A DNA stretch of 33,569 nucleotides from Octopus bimaculoides (Eukaryota): contig NC_068986.1 of the NCBI RefSeq assembly GCF_001194135.2, forward strand, positions 104,568,216 to 104,601,784, given 5' to 3'. Both the position numbers and the translations under genes were made by a program. The stretch's first letter is position 1; each line of letters starts with the position of its first letter. Below, piece by piece: positions 10,541 to 22,084 of the stretch. The notes beneath the pieces were generated by a model that was given only the letters and a program-made list of their open reading frames with translations, was not told the origin of the DNA and made no database searches.

Positions 10541-11468
10541 ATGGAAGAATTGTTGGCCGGTTTGCTCGGGTTACAAAAGCAGCAACAACGATTGAAAGAA
10601 CAATAACAACAATATTTACTATTACAGCAACAAATGCTGCAATTAATGAATAGTAAGTCGTAAAAAAAAAACGCTGAAAAGATGTTCTCGCCAGATTATG
10701 TTGTAAACTCAATAACGGAATTTAAGTATGAGCCAGACGAAGGAGTTACCTTCGAGGCGTACTATAGAAGATACGACAGATCTTCAATAAAGTGTGCAAA
10801 GATTGGAACGACGATATGAAAACGCGTCTAATGTTAAGAAAACTGGCAGCAGAAGAACATGAGGAGTACAGGAATTACGCATTCCCGAAAAATCCTTCTG
10901 GCATAAACATTAAAGATACAATAGACAAACTGTGTAGAATGTTTGGCGAGAAAAGCTTGTTGTTCAATACATGCTGGAAATGTTTAAACCTAGAAAAGAA
11001 GAACGTGGAGGACTACATCACATATGCTGGTAGAGTTAACAGAGAATGAGAAATGTTCAAACTGGACGAGTTAACACCAGACATACTCATCTGCCTGATA
11101 TTTACACAGGGACTAACTGCAGAAAAAGATGCAGAAGTAAGAATAAGAATTCTCGCTAAGCTGGACGAAATCAGGCTGTAATCTTATAAGTGTCAGAAGA
11201 GTGTGAAAGAATAGTAAATCTAAGACATGACAGAGAGAAAATTGGACATAAAGATTGTTCCCAAGTGAAACAAATGCGTCGGAAAATGCAAAACAGGCAG
11301 AACAGAAATCAAGTGTGTACTAAAATACAATACACGCAGGACAGAAATCAGGAAACAAACGCATGTATTCGAAAAGCTAAGAGAATACAGCTTCAAGATA
11401 AGTGAAGGAAAATGCGAGTTCTTTCAGAAAAGAACTTAAATATTTGGGTCAGATAATAGATAAAAACT
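10541..11468 (+). pseudogene. Gypsy retrotransposon gag (K02A2.6-like) fused by deletion to an RT C-terminal fragment
   Basis: Reads ITEFKYEPDEGVTFEAYYRRY../CKDWNDDMKTRLMLRKL...FGEKSLLFNTCWKCLNL...YAGRVNRE*EMFKLDELTPDILICLIFTQGL...VRIRILAKL, then at about 11361-11468 HVFEKLREYSFKISEGKCEFFQK/LKYLGQIIDKN. Contains stops and frameshifts. Confidence 0.9.
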
Positions 11469-11489
11469 CCTGTGAGTTATTGTTGGATA

Positions 11490-11870
11490 TGTGGAGGCGC
11501 AATGGACCAGTGGTTAGGGCAGCGGACTCGCAGTCATAATATCACGGTTTCGATTCCCAGACCGAGCGTTGTGAGTGTTTATTGCGCGAAAACACCTAAA
11601 GCTCCACGAGGCTCCGGCAGGGGATGGTGGCGAACCCTGCTGTACTCTTTCACCACAACTTTCTCTCACTCTTACTTCCTGTTTCTGTTGTGCCTGTAAT
11701 TCAAAGGGTCAGCCTTGTCACACTCTGTGTCACGCTGAATCTCCCCGTGAACTTCGTTAAGGGTGCACTTGTTTGTGGAGTGCTCAGCCACTTGCACGTT
11801 AATTTCACAAACACGCTATTCCGTTGATCGGATCAACTGGAACCCTCGACGTCGAAAGCGACGGAGTGCC
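11490..11870 (+). mobile_element. SINE family C (tRNA-Arg-like head), long-tail type
   Basis: Head tgtggaggcgcaatggaccagtggttagggcagcggactcgc...ggtttcgattccc; tail ...gatcggatcaactggaaccctcg...gacggagtgcc shared with 29846-30230. Possibly the octopus OR1/OR2 family (recall, unverified). Confidence 0.9.
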
Positions 11871-12164
11871 GTAGTAATTGTTAGAGGTGACGTAACTTTG
11901 TCGCATGCAAAACTCGAAACCGGTACGGAGGATCAGTTCAGTGATTGTTTTTATCTCTTATTACAGCACTGCTGATTTCGTAGAGCCATAATGAAAAGAC
12001 TGATCCATTCGTGTATTCTTGCTCACGGACAGATACACATCCATGCGCATACATACACACATGCATAAATATGCGCTACCCTTTTTATTATTTCCCAGTC
12101 ACATATATACATTGACTCTAACGTGCACACTTGCTATTTCTCATAAACAATACTATCACAGCCG

Positions 12165-12387
12165 TTCTCTCACACACTCACTCACACACAATACTCTCTC
12201 TCTCTCTCCTCACCCTCTCTCTCTCCCCACCCTCTCTCTCTCTCGTTTTTCTCTCTTTCTTGTTCTCACTCTTTCACTCTCTCCTTTGCTCTCTCTCTTT
12301 CTCTTTCTTAGTCTCTCTCTCTCGCTCTTTCTTGCTATTTTTCTTCATCTCTCTCTTTCTCTCTCTTGTTCTCATCCTCCCTCTTGC

Positions 12388-12418
<31 letters not shown>

Positions 12419-12420
12419 CA
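12165..12420. repeat. Degenerate (CT)n/(CTTT)n polypyrimidine tract
   Basis: Direct read. Confidence 0.9.
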
Positions 12421-12488
12421 TATGCACATATTTTCCAACAAATATAACACTTCAAATATAACATGTCAAATTACAACACCAACAACAA

Positions 12489-12520
<32 letters not shown>

Positions 12521-13589
12521 AAGTCACACAATTAAAAACAAATACCCTTCAATAAACAACCGAAAAACATAACATAAAATGGCGCAACAAAGACTGCTTT
12601 TCCCTTGCTATAATTAGATAGCGAAAGAGTAGAGAGAGCGAAAGAGAGAGATGGGGAGAGATGGAAGAGATAGAAAGAAGAGAGAGAGAGAGAAAGAAAT
12701 CCAGCAATGAGTAAAGAGAACGTGGATAATGGGAGGAGGGAGGCGAGATTAATAGAGAAACATGTAATAATAGCGAGAAAGCTGAGAATAATTCTCCGTC
12801 TTCACTCATTTTCTTAACCGTTTCTTCTCGTTGTTTATAGCAACGTTTAACGCGAACCCGGTTTCACTGCTCTCACCTTTGAGCATTTTATGAGGCTATT
12901 AAGTTGACAATGCCGACTGAAACGTAAATAAATAGCATTCATAGCTCACACTGTAATCAACTGTTCACGAATCATATTTCATATTCAATTGAAGAAAGCT
13001 GTCTAACTTTCTCCCGATTTATTCGTCAACTTTTCACATGAAGTCCTAGACCTTGAAAGGCGCGAAAACTATCTAGCTTGAGCTCATGAAATCGCATGTC
13101 ACACAGATGTGCGTTGGTTTGGAACAGATAGCAACGACACTCTGAAATCCAAACACAAACGACGCCATCCATTAGATTTCGTCATTGAAAACAAAGTAAT
13201 AACAGAGTGGCAGACGCAGATGCATAATGGCGGCAGAAGAACAGCCGGAGTAGAACAGAACATAACAGGTTGATAGGAGAAGGAAGGAGAGGAGGGCGAG
13301 GTAGTGTGGTGGAAGAGGGAGCACGAAACATGCTTAAAATTGTTTGAACACTACACTAAACACATACACACACACGCATACAGTCTTCTGCTTTTTCTCT
13401 CTCTTTCTTTGTGATTTCTTCTTGAAACACACAGTAGCACAAATGTGCAGTAATGCAGTGCAGAGAACATTAGAAGCAATGGCGCAGCAAACACACAACG
13501 CTACACATATACAGCATTACACTGAATACCATAATGGTACAGTACTAGTGACAGCAACAGGATGATTAGGTATTACAGACAGAGCATTA

Positions 13590-13860
13590 CCGACACACAA
13601 CACTATAGACCCACAACACTATAAGCACACAACAGTACAGACACACATTACTGGCACACAATATTACATACAGATTCACAACACAACGGGATCATACAAC
13701 ACTAAAAACACGCAACACTACAGGTATTGCGCTATTGACTCCCAGCACTATAAACACACAACTCTGATGTCTCACAGCTCTAGAGACACTCCAGATACAA
13801 AACTCTACACACAGAACTACAGACGCTCAACACTTCCAACACAGCCCTGTTGACATACAT
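13590..13860. repeat. Degenerate minisatellite of about 14-16 bp (acacaacactatag-like)
   Basis: Recurrent acacaacactat / acacaacagtac / acgcaacactac / acacagaactac motifs. Confidence 0.65.
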
Positions 13861-13942
13861 TTCAAGCATTCCACTCATTAATAGATGTAAGTAAAGTAAC
13901 ACTACGAAACAACACGGCACTATCAAACAACTACAAACAAAC

Positions 13943-14582
13943 ATTCTTTATTTCCCACAAGTGGCTAAACATAGAGGGGACAAACTAGGACAGACAAAGG
14001 GATTAAGTCGATTACATCGACCTCAGTGCGTAACTGGTACTTATTTAATCGACCTCGAAGGGGTGAAAGGTAAAGTCGACCTCGGCGGAATTTAAACCCA
14101 GAACGAAATACCGGCAGACGAAATACTGCTAAGCATTTCGCCCGGCTTGTTAATAATTCTGTTCTACTCTAGAAACAAGGCCTGCATTTTTAGGGGAGGA
14201 TGAGCCAGTCGATTAGATTGACTCCAGTGCGCAACTGGTACGCAACTGGTACTATCGACCCCGAAAGAATGAAAGACAAAGTCAACCTCGGTGGAATTTG
14301 AACTCAGCACGTAAAGACAGAAGAAATACCACTAAGCATTTCGCCCGGTGTGGTAACGTTTCTTATTTCTTTATTGCCCACAAGGAGCTATAATCAAGGA
14401 TAGACAAACGGATGAAGTCGATTATATCGACCCCACTGCGTAACTGGTACTTATTTAATCGACCTCGAAAAGATGAAAGGCAAAGTCGACTTCGGCAGAA
14501 TTTGAACTAAGAACGTAAAGACAGACGAAATATCGCTTAGCATTTCGCTCTGCGTGCAAACGATTTTGCCAGCTCGCCGCCC
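13943..14582 (-). mobile_element. Head-to-tail trimer of SINE family A
   Basis: Three cores (gtcgatta.at.gac...aaagtc.acctcgg.ggaattt.aac) at about 14010, 14210 and 14420. Only the rightmost unit has the complete head (ttgccagctcgccgccc, ending at 14582). Confidence 0.9.
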
Positions 14583-14757
14583 TTATACATTCTGTAAATA
14601 AAAGACATGCAATGACACAATTTTACAATCGCATGACCCACGACATACAAACGTACATGATTCTCCACCAGTCAGGGGATATGTTCTTCGAGTCCCACGG
14701 CTGGCTCTTCGCTTTCTTTTCCGTCCAAAATTCCATTTTTTTTGTTTTGTTTTGCCG

Positions 14758-15155
14758 AACATATCGAGCCCACTCCTGCTATTTACAGCAGTGCTTGGAA
14801 GGGATGTGTGTAGCATGTGATTGTCGCATTGACGATACCTGCTCAGAGACCTACGCAAAGTTGCAGAAAATGTATGGAGAGGAGAGTATGAGCCGCACAC
14901 AAATGTACGGGTGGTTGAGATATTTGCAAGATGGTCGAAAAAATGTCGATATTGACGAATGTTCTGGGAGACCTGCAACCAGCAGAACTGATAAAAACAT
15001 TAATGTACCAGCAGCTGTGAGGGGAGATCGTAGAATCCGTCAGCTATCAGAGGATGTGCAGATTAATTAAGTTTCTGTTCAGTCACTTATAACTGAAAGT
15101 TTGGGTATGAGACGGATGTCTGCCAAGTATGTGTGAAAACTGATCTCAGCTGACT
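14758..15155 (+). mobile_element. Mariner fragment: 5' UTR plus transposase N-terminus
   Basis: DTCSETYAKLQKMYGEESMSRTQMYGWLRYLQDGRKNVDIDECSGRPATSRTDKN...IRQLSEDVQIN*VSVQSLITESLGMRRMSAKYV*KLIS matches the mariner paired-HTH region through the WVPxxL-equivalent linker. Confidence 0.9.
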
Positions 15156-15179
15156 TGATTATATGGAGAACGATGAAAA

Positions 15180-15465
15180 GATTTTGCAAACTTTGCGTTG
15201 GCTTCTGAGCAAGAATCGCCAAGCTTTTGCAAAAAAATGATGCAGATTCTCTGCTCGACTTTCTCTTTCATGGTCAATATGATTATCACACGCTACACAA
15301 GTTCCTTCCAAGCACTGCTGCAAACGGCGGAAGTGAGCTAGAACGTTAAAAGTTAGTGTGCATGCACCACAGAGTTTAAGGTCAATCTGTAGTGAGCGGC
15401 TTTTCTCTGCGTGCTTTAACTTCGTTACTATGGCGACAGTCCAGATACTAATTAATCACACCGCG
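15180..15465 (-). mobile_element. Second mariner 5' end (TIR, UTR, transposase start) in opposite orientation
   Basis: Minus strand begins ta-cgcggtgtgattaattagtatctggactgt (mariner-like TIR). An ATG at 15271 reads MKEKVEQRICIIFLQKLGDSCSEANAKFAK. Confidence 0.8.
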
Positions 15466-16366
15466 TATATATATATATATATATNNNNNNNNNNNNNNNN
15501 NNNNNNNNNNNNNNNNNNNNNNNNNNNNNNNNNNNNNNNNNNNNNNNNNNNNNNNNNNNNNNNNNNNNNNNNNNNNNNNNNNNNNNNNNNNNNNNNNNNN
15601 NNNNNNNNNNNNNNNNNNNNNNNNNNNNNNNNNNNNNNNNNNNNNNNNNNNNNNNNNNNNNNNNNNNNNNNNNNNNNNNNNNNNNNNNNNNNNNNNNNNN
15701 NNNNNNNNNNNNNNNNNNNNNNNNNNNNNNNNNNNNNNNNNNNNNNNNNNNNNNNNNNNNNNNNNNNNNNNNNNNNNNNNNNNNNNNNNNNNNNNNNNNN
15801 NNNNNNNNNNNNNNNNNNNNNNNNNNNNNNNNNNNNNNNNNNNNNNNNNNNNNNNNNNNNNNNNNNNNNNNNNNNNNNNNNNNNNNNNNNNNNNNNNNNN
15901 NNNNNNNNNNNNNNNNNNNNNNNNNNNNNNNNNNNNNNNNNNNNNNNNNNNNNNNNNNNNNNNNNNNNNNNNNNNNNNNNNNNNNNNNNNNNNNNNNNNN
16001 NNNNNNNNNNNNNNNNNNNNNNNNNNNNNNNNNNNNNNNNNNNNNNNNNNNNNNNNNNNNNNNNNNNNNNNNNNNNNNNNNNNNNNNNNNNNNNNNNNNN
16101 NNNNNNNNNNNNNNNNNNNNNNNNNNNNNNNNNNNNNNNNNNNNNNNNNNNNNNNNNNNNNNNNNNNNNNNNNNNNNNNNNNNNNNNNNNNNNNNNNNNN
16201 NNNNNNNNNNNNNNNNNNNNNNNNNNNNNNNNNNNNNNNNNNNNNNNNNNNNNNNNNNNNNNNNNNNNNNNNNNNNNNNNNNNNNNNNNNNNNNNNNNNN
16301 NNGAGTTTTTTGCTACTCTTTCTAGCGGGTAGATGTCTTATTATAGGCATCTCTATATTTTAAATG

Positions 16367-16404
<38 letters not shown>

Positions 16405-17279
16405 ATATATTATATATTATGTTCGCTGCTGTCGATAATGACGTATGAGCAGTCAGCTGTTCGCTCAACTGAACACCCTAATTGGAATAACATGATTATC
16501 AGGTAAGCTCAGCAGGACTCAGCGTGTGACAAGATCAGTTCTTTAACTTACAGAAAAAAATCTCTCCCAAGGGCTTCTGCACCGATGCCATTGATCCAAT
16601 TTCCCCGACGAAGCTGGTTTGGAGTCACTCGACACAAAGCTATCGCGAAATATATTCGAAAATAATGTTATGAAGTTGGGTTGAATCCAAGACTTGCAGG
16701 TTGTCTTGGACTTCATAAAACTTCAGCCACACCTTTCACACCTCTACAGAAACACCCACCCGCTGCAGTGATACACGTACATCCTTGTCTCCGTTATACA
16801 CACTTTTTGTATAATGAATTGCTTTAACCGGTGTCGACTTTACACTCTCTTCTTTTTGTCCACAGACTCCAGTTTTAACGGTCTGTCTCTCTTCCTTACA
16901 GATAAATACAGATATATTCACACACAATTACACACGCGTATTCATAAACAGTACATACACGTTTACACACACGAATGCGCACAAAGCTTCGTACAAAAAC
17001 GCACACACATTCAATTACAAATACAAACACACAACTTCATACACAAATACAGTGGAACGCTATGTCATTCAATCTGTCTGTCTCGCTCTCTCTCTCTCTC
17101 TCTCACTCTCTGTCTCTCTTCATCCTCTCCGTCCTCTCCATCTTTCTCACTCTCTCTCTCTTTCTGCCTTTGTCTGTCTTTGTCTCTCTGTCACTCTGTC
17201 TCTCTCTGAAACACACAAATACATACATACGCATGACTATTACGCACATATATACACATGGATTTCAAGTCACAAAAAC

Positions 17280-17286
17280 ACGCACG

Positions 17287-17340
<54 letters not shown>
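17280..17340. repeat. (CA)n microsatellite
   Basis: Direct read. Confidence 0.95.
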
Positions 17341-17342
<2 letters not shown>

Positions 17343-17726
17343 AGCACGCAAACACGCAAGCACGCAAACCCGCACACAAATACATCCTGAAAAGCATTCA
17401 CCGAGAACAGACAAAAACCTTCATACGCAGCCATGTTTTTGTTCGTTAGGAAAATTTTTTTCTCTTTCGCTCAATTCATATTTAATATTGTTGCTATTGA
17501 TGAAGAAAGGTGTGAGTTCTCTCCCCACCCCAGCCCAATACACACGGACACGGACACACACGCACACAGACACGTACACACACAACCATGACATCGGATA
17601 TAATACAGGCCAATAATCCGTGGAGAATTTTGTTTTTGTTGCGCTATTAATTATAGAGTAAGAACATCTCTGACAAGGCATCACTCCCAACACCATCACC
17701 ACCATCCCCACCATCACCAATACCAC

Positions 17727-17778
17727 CATCAACACCAGCTCCTCCCCCATCAACACCAGCTCCTCCCCCATCAACACC
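17727..17778. repeat. 21-bp tandem repeat, 2.5 units (catcaacaccagctcctcccc), in a CCA-rich tract
   Basis: Direct read. Confidence 0.9.
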
Positions 17779-17986
17779 TTCATTAGCATGCAACATGGTT
17801 GTCATATCGGTTTACATGCCAATTCAGCCGTCATCAATGTTTGGTGTGGATTACAGATCGAACTTCTGCTTCTCTGCGACACTGGCTTCACCTCTCTTCT
17901 GTTCTAATGAAATCAATGAGGCTAACAGCATTAAGCATTAACACAATATCTAGACGGAGGCAGCAATGGCTCTCTTTCTGTATTGT

Positions 17987-18583
<597 letters not shown>

Positions 18584-18598
18584 TTATTATTACTATTA

Positions 18599-18639
<41 letters not shown>

Positions 18640-18774
18640 TGTAGAGTTTATTTTTTTGTTAATAGTTTTGCCGTGTCTCATTTTCTTGTTATTATTCATT
18701 CATGCATTCTCTCTGCCCGCATTAACTCTTAGTCTGTCTGTCTGTCTGTTTCATTTCCCTTTCTCCCCCCTCTT

Positions 18775-18805
<31 letters not shown>

Positions 18806-19149
18806 GTCTCTCCCTCTCTCGCTCGGTCTCTCTCCATCTCGTGTTCTTTGTCCACTCACTCCTGCTTCTTATTCAATTCCTTAATTTCTCTCTCACACCT
18901 CAGCACTCTAGTTGTAACTTTATTTATTCCATTTCCGGCCCATTTGTCCTGCGTAAGCACAAAAGAATATGTGTGTGGAGAACGGGTGCAAGTGGCAGAA
19001 TCGAAACTTCGAAGTTACTGTCAACCCTCGAACAGAATAATAAGCATGCAGTCGACATAAAAGCGTTTCTTCGAAGACCCCTGTAGCAGTGGTCCTTACC
19101 CCCAAATATTGAAATAGATATTATTGCGTATAATTTGCCCTTTTTTGTG

Positions 19150-19385
19150 TTTAAAACAAGTAAAGGACTTCTCTTTTATTCTGTTATTCTTTTACTTGTT
19201 TCAGTCATTTGACTGCGGCTATGCTGGAGCACTACCTGTAGTCGAACAAATCGACCCCAGGACTTATTCTTTGTATGACGAGTACTTATTGTATCGTTTT
19301 TTTTTCCGAACAGCTAAGTTACGAGGACGTAAACACACCGACATCAGTTGTCAAACGATGGTGGGGGAACAAACACAAATGCCCA
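19150..19385 (-). mobile_element. SINE family B, 3' half
   Basis: cttttacttgtttcagtcatttgactgcggctatgctggagc...gtaaacacaccgacatcagttgtcaaacgatgg matches 7950-8135. Confidence 0.85.
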
Positions 19386-19423
19386 AACACCTGTCTTCGT
19401 CTTTTGTTTTTTGTAAATTCCAA

Positions 19424-19427
<4 letters not shown>

Positions 19428-19507
<80 letters not shown>

Positions 19508-19545
19508 ATGTGTATATGTGTGTGTGTATGTGTGTGTGTATAATA
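19428..19545. repeat. (TA)n/(TG)n microsatellite
   Basis: Direct read. Confidence 0.95.
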
Positions 19546-19565
19546 TATATATGCATATATAAGTA

Positions 19566-20137
19566 CAGGACGTCACTAAGTGTGCAAACAACAGGAAATA
19601 CGTGAACAAACTAGTTAAATACGCAAACAAAAAGAGAAATATCTCACCGTCTACTATCTGTCTCTCTCCCTCTTCCTCTTTTTCTCTCTCACGTTGCTCA
19701 TACGTGACCATTGTCCATCTTTCTTTTCCTAACGTGTCCATCATTCTTTTTCTGCACGGACGATTATTCTTCTATTTTTTCTCTTTTCAAAGGAGATATT
19801 TCTCCCAGCGTTCACTATTTTCCTCTCGTTCTAGGCTAAATACCATCCATGTTTGTTTTCGTTCAGCTTCCTTATATGTCTCTGTTGTCCTGTTTTGTTC
19901 CCAACTTTGACCCTCCAAAAACCCAAATTTCATTTTAGAATTTATAGGAGCAACTGTCTGAAGACTCATATTGCCGTTAAATGCTCGTAATGAGGAGAAG
20001 ATAGACAGTCGACTACTGATGAAGAGACGTTTCTCTGTGTTTTCTTGCTCTGTTTTCCATTTTTTTCTCTCATTGCTTGCATATCTAACTTGTTTGTTCA
20101 CGTATTTCATGTTGTTCGCACAATTAGTGACGTCCTG
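19566..20137. mobile_element. Non-autonomous foldback element with TIRs of about 75 bp; superfamily unclear
   Basis: Left caggacgtcactaagtgtgcaaacaacaggaaatacgtgaacaaactagttaaatacgcaaacaaaaagagaaa versus reverse complement of the right end caggacgtcactaattgtgcgaacaacatgaaatacgtgaacaaacaagttagatatgcaagcaatgagagaaa. TA is present on both sides. Confidence 0.85.
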
Positions 20138-21026
20138 TATCCATATATGCATATATTATTTATTATTATTATTATTTAATTGAACGCCACGCATCCATTT
20201 CCAAGTATATATATTTTTCTCGCCCCTCCTTAATTCTTCTGTTCCTCTGCCTCTACCTCTCTCTCTCTTCTCTCTCCACGTGACTGGTGTTCGGCCAAGC
20301 CTGACTTTTCTTTTTTGAAGAGTAAGCAGCGGTAAACACCTTGCTTGGATTTTACCACTTCTAAAGTTCCTCTCGCCTTGAAACATATGTAGTCCGGATT
20401 TTTCCTACTCCAGTCCGTAACTCTTATATATATAGACTGTAAAGCTGCAAAAACCTCAAAGAATATGTTACTCAGCGTTTCACGTCCCCGTTCAAAGCAT
20501 ATTACTCTACCTCCGGTATTCGAGTACTATTTTTTCCACCTTGTTTCACAATTATGTTCTTACTCTGTTATATATATCTATAATCCAAATAAAAAAGTAG
20601 AGAAAGACTTTAACACACCTTAAATGACCGCTTGCAATTGTTTCTGTAACAACACTTTTTGCAACACCAGTTCACGCAAAAAGTTCCAATCGAAAATTTA
20701 TGTAACATTTACGTTTTTAAGCGTTAGACTGGCACTTCTTCAGACCATCATCAAAAGTGTGCTCTTACATTGTGCGTCCGCCAGACTTAAGTATTTTGCT
20801 TATATCGGGACGAAAATGCCCAACCTTTCTAACCCCAGCCACCAGTGTATTCAAAGATTTTATGGTGGACGTGCACTAATGTACAACACAAACAATCTGA
20901 TCAATATAGACAAATTATCTTCGCAGGTTAGTCTGCAAGAAATTGCGGAATTCTCATTTGTTATTTACGACAGGGGAATCAACCAATTCTAACCCTTAAT
21001 CCTAACTGCCAATCACGTACATTATA

Positions 21027-21537
21027 CGAGGGGAAGTCAAAAATTATCCGAACTTTCGCCAAAGCATATCTTCATTATTGTCTGGCAGTGATACGAGGGA
21101 TTGTAATGGTTAACCGGTTCACCATTACCATCTCTCGAGCCTTCTGAATCTTCTCGTTAGTGATGGAAGTTGACGGGCATCTTTTTCCCTCTTCGTGTGT
21201 CCCGCTTGTCCGGCCAGTTTTAAACTTCTCGATCCACTCATACACAATAATGCACAGTCCTCCTATTGTGCTAAAACCCTCTGATGAATTTCAGCACCTG
21301 ACACACCTTCCGACCAGAGAAATCGGATCACTGATCTTTGTTCTTCTTTTGTGAACATTGCTAGTGGAGAGGCCATGTTTACACTGGAAAGCCAGGAAGA
21401 AAAAAATGGTGCGATTGGTTCAAACTTCGATCACGTATCCACAATAGTACCCACTATAAGCACGGATGCTCAGAAGGCAGTGTGACAATAATAAAAATGT
21501 TATGGTGGAAGTGCAGATAATTCTTAACTTACCCTCG
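21027..21537 (-). mobile_element. Internally deleted mariner with both TIRs and TA target duplication
   Basis: TIRs cgaggggaagtcaaaaattatc and (reverse complement) cgagggtaagttaagaattatc; TA at 21025-21026 and 21538-21539. Minus strand reads MASPLAMFTKEEQRSVIRFLWSEGVSGAEIHQRVLAQ*.../VYEWIEKFKTGRTS...PSTSITNEKIQKAREMV. Confidence 0.9.
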
Positions 21538-21764
21538 TATAAGCGAAGGTGGGGTCATTCACAATCTAGTGTATCTGTTAATAAATGGTCTACAGCTGCT
21601 ACACCTCATCAGCTTGGGATGCAGAGACAAGCAGATATTAAGGGGTTGTAAAAACAACGAAACCTGTGTATTGTTTCCTTGTTACAACCTCCGGAAATCC
21701 GCTCTAGTTAGTCCCTCAAACCTTATTTCTCACTTGACTGAATATATATGGGTATGAGTTTATA

Positions 21765-22084
21765 TGTGGAGGCGCAATGGCCCAGCGGTTAGGGGAGTGG
21801 ACTCGCGGTCGGAGGATCACAGTTTCGATTCCCAGACCCGGCGTTGTGAGTATTTATTGAGCAAAAACACCTAAGTTTCACGAGGCTCCGGTAGGGGGTG
21901 GTGGCAACCTCTGTTGTACTCTTTCACCCCAACTTTCTCTCACTCTTTCTTCCTGTTTCTTGAGTAACGCTACGATGGACTGGCGTCCCGTCCAACTGGG
22001 TGGGGGGACCGCATACGCCATAGAAACCGAAAAACTGGGCCCATGAGCCTGGCTAGGCTTCGAAAGGGTGATGTTATCGTTATC
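21765..22084 (+). mobile_element. SINE family C, alternative short-tail type, with 13-bp TSD
   Basis: Same head and core as 11490 up to cttcctgtttct, then tgagtaacgctacgatggactggcgtcccgtcc...ggcttcgaaagggtg. TSD gtatgagtttata at 21752-21764 and 22085-22097. Confidence 0.9.

Noticed and set aside
11490-11570. tRNA-Arg-like sequence as a tRNA gene (also 21765, 29846, 30333)
   Set aside because: No intact acceptor stem or cloverleaf, and most copies continue into SINE bodies, so these are SINE heads.
11968-12930. Acceptor-like sites at 11967 and 12840 suggesting plus-strand exons
   Set aside because: All three frames hit stops soon after each site and the donors are weak. Non-coding exons cannot be excluded, but nothing supports them.
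20016-20045. CTGATGA followed by hairpin agaga-cgtt-tctct, suggesting a hammerhead ribozyme
   Set aside because: The required GAAA after stem II is GTGT, and I could not form stems I and III.
20315-20620. Possible Penelope-type pseudo-LTR with a hammerhead remnant (ttgaagag...gaaacatatgtagtccgg)
   Set aside because: The core begins TTGA rather than CTGA, GAAA is not adjacent to the hairpin and no RT/GIY-YIG coding trace is visible. It remains an unclassified repeat at best.
20624-20992. 122-aa plus-strand ORF
   Set aside because: No recognisable domain, splice signals or codon pattern; compatible with chance.
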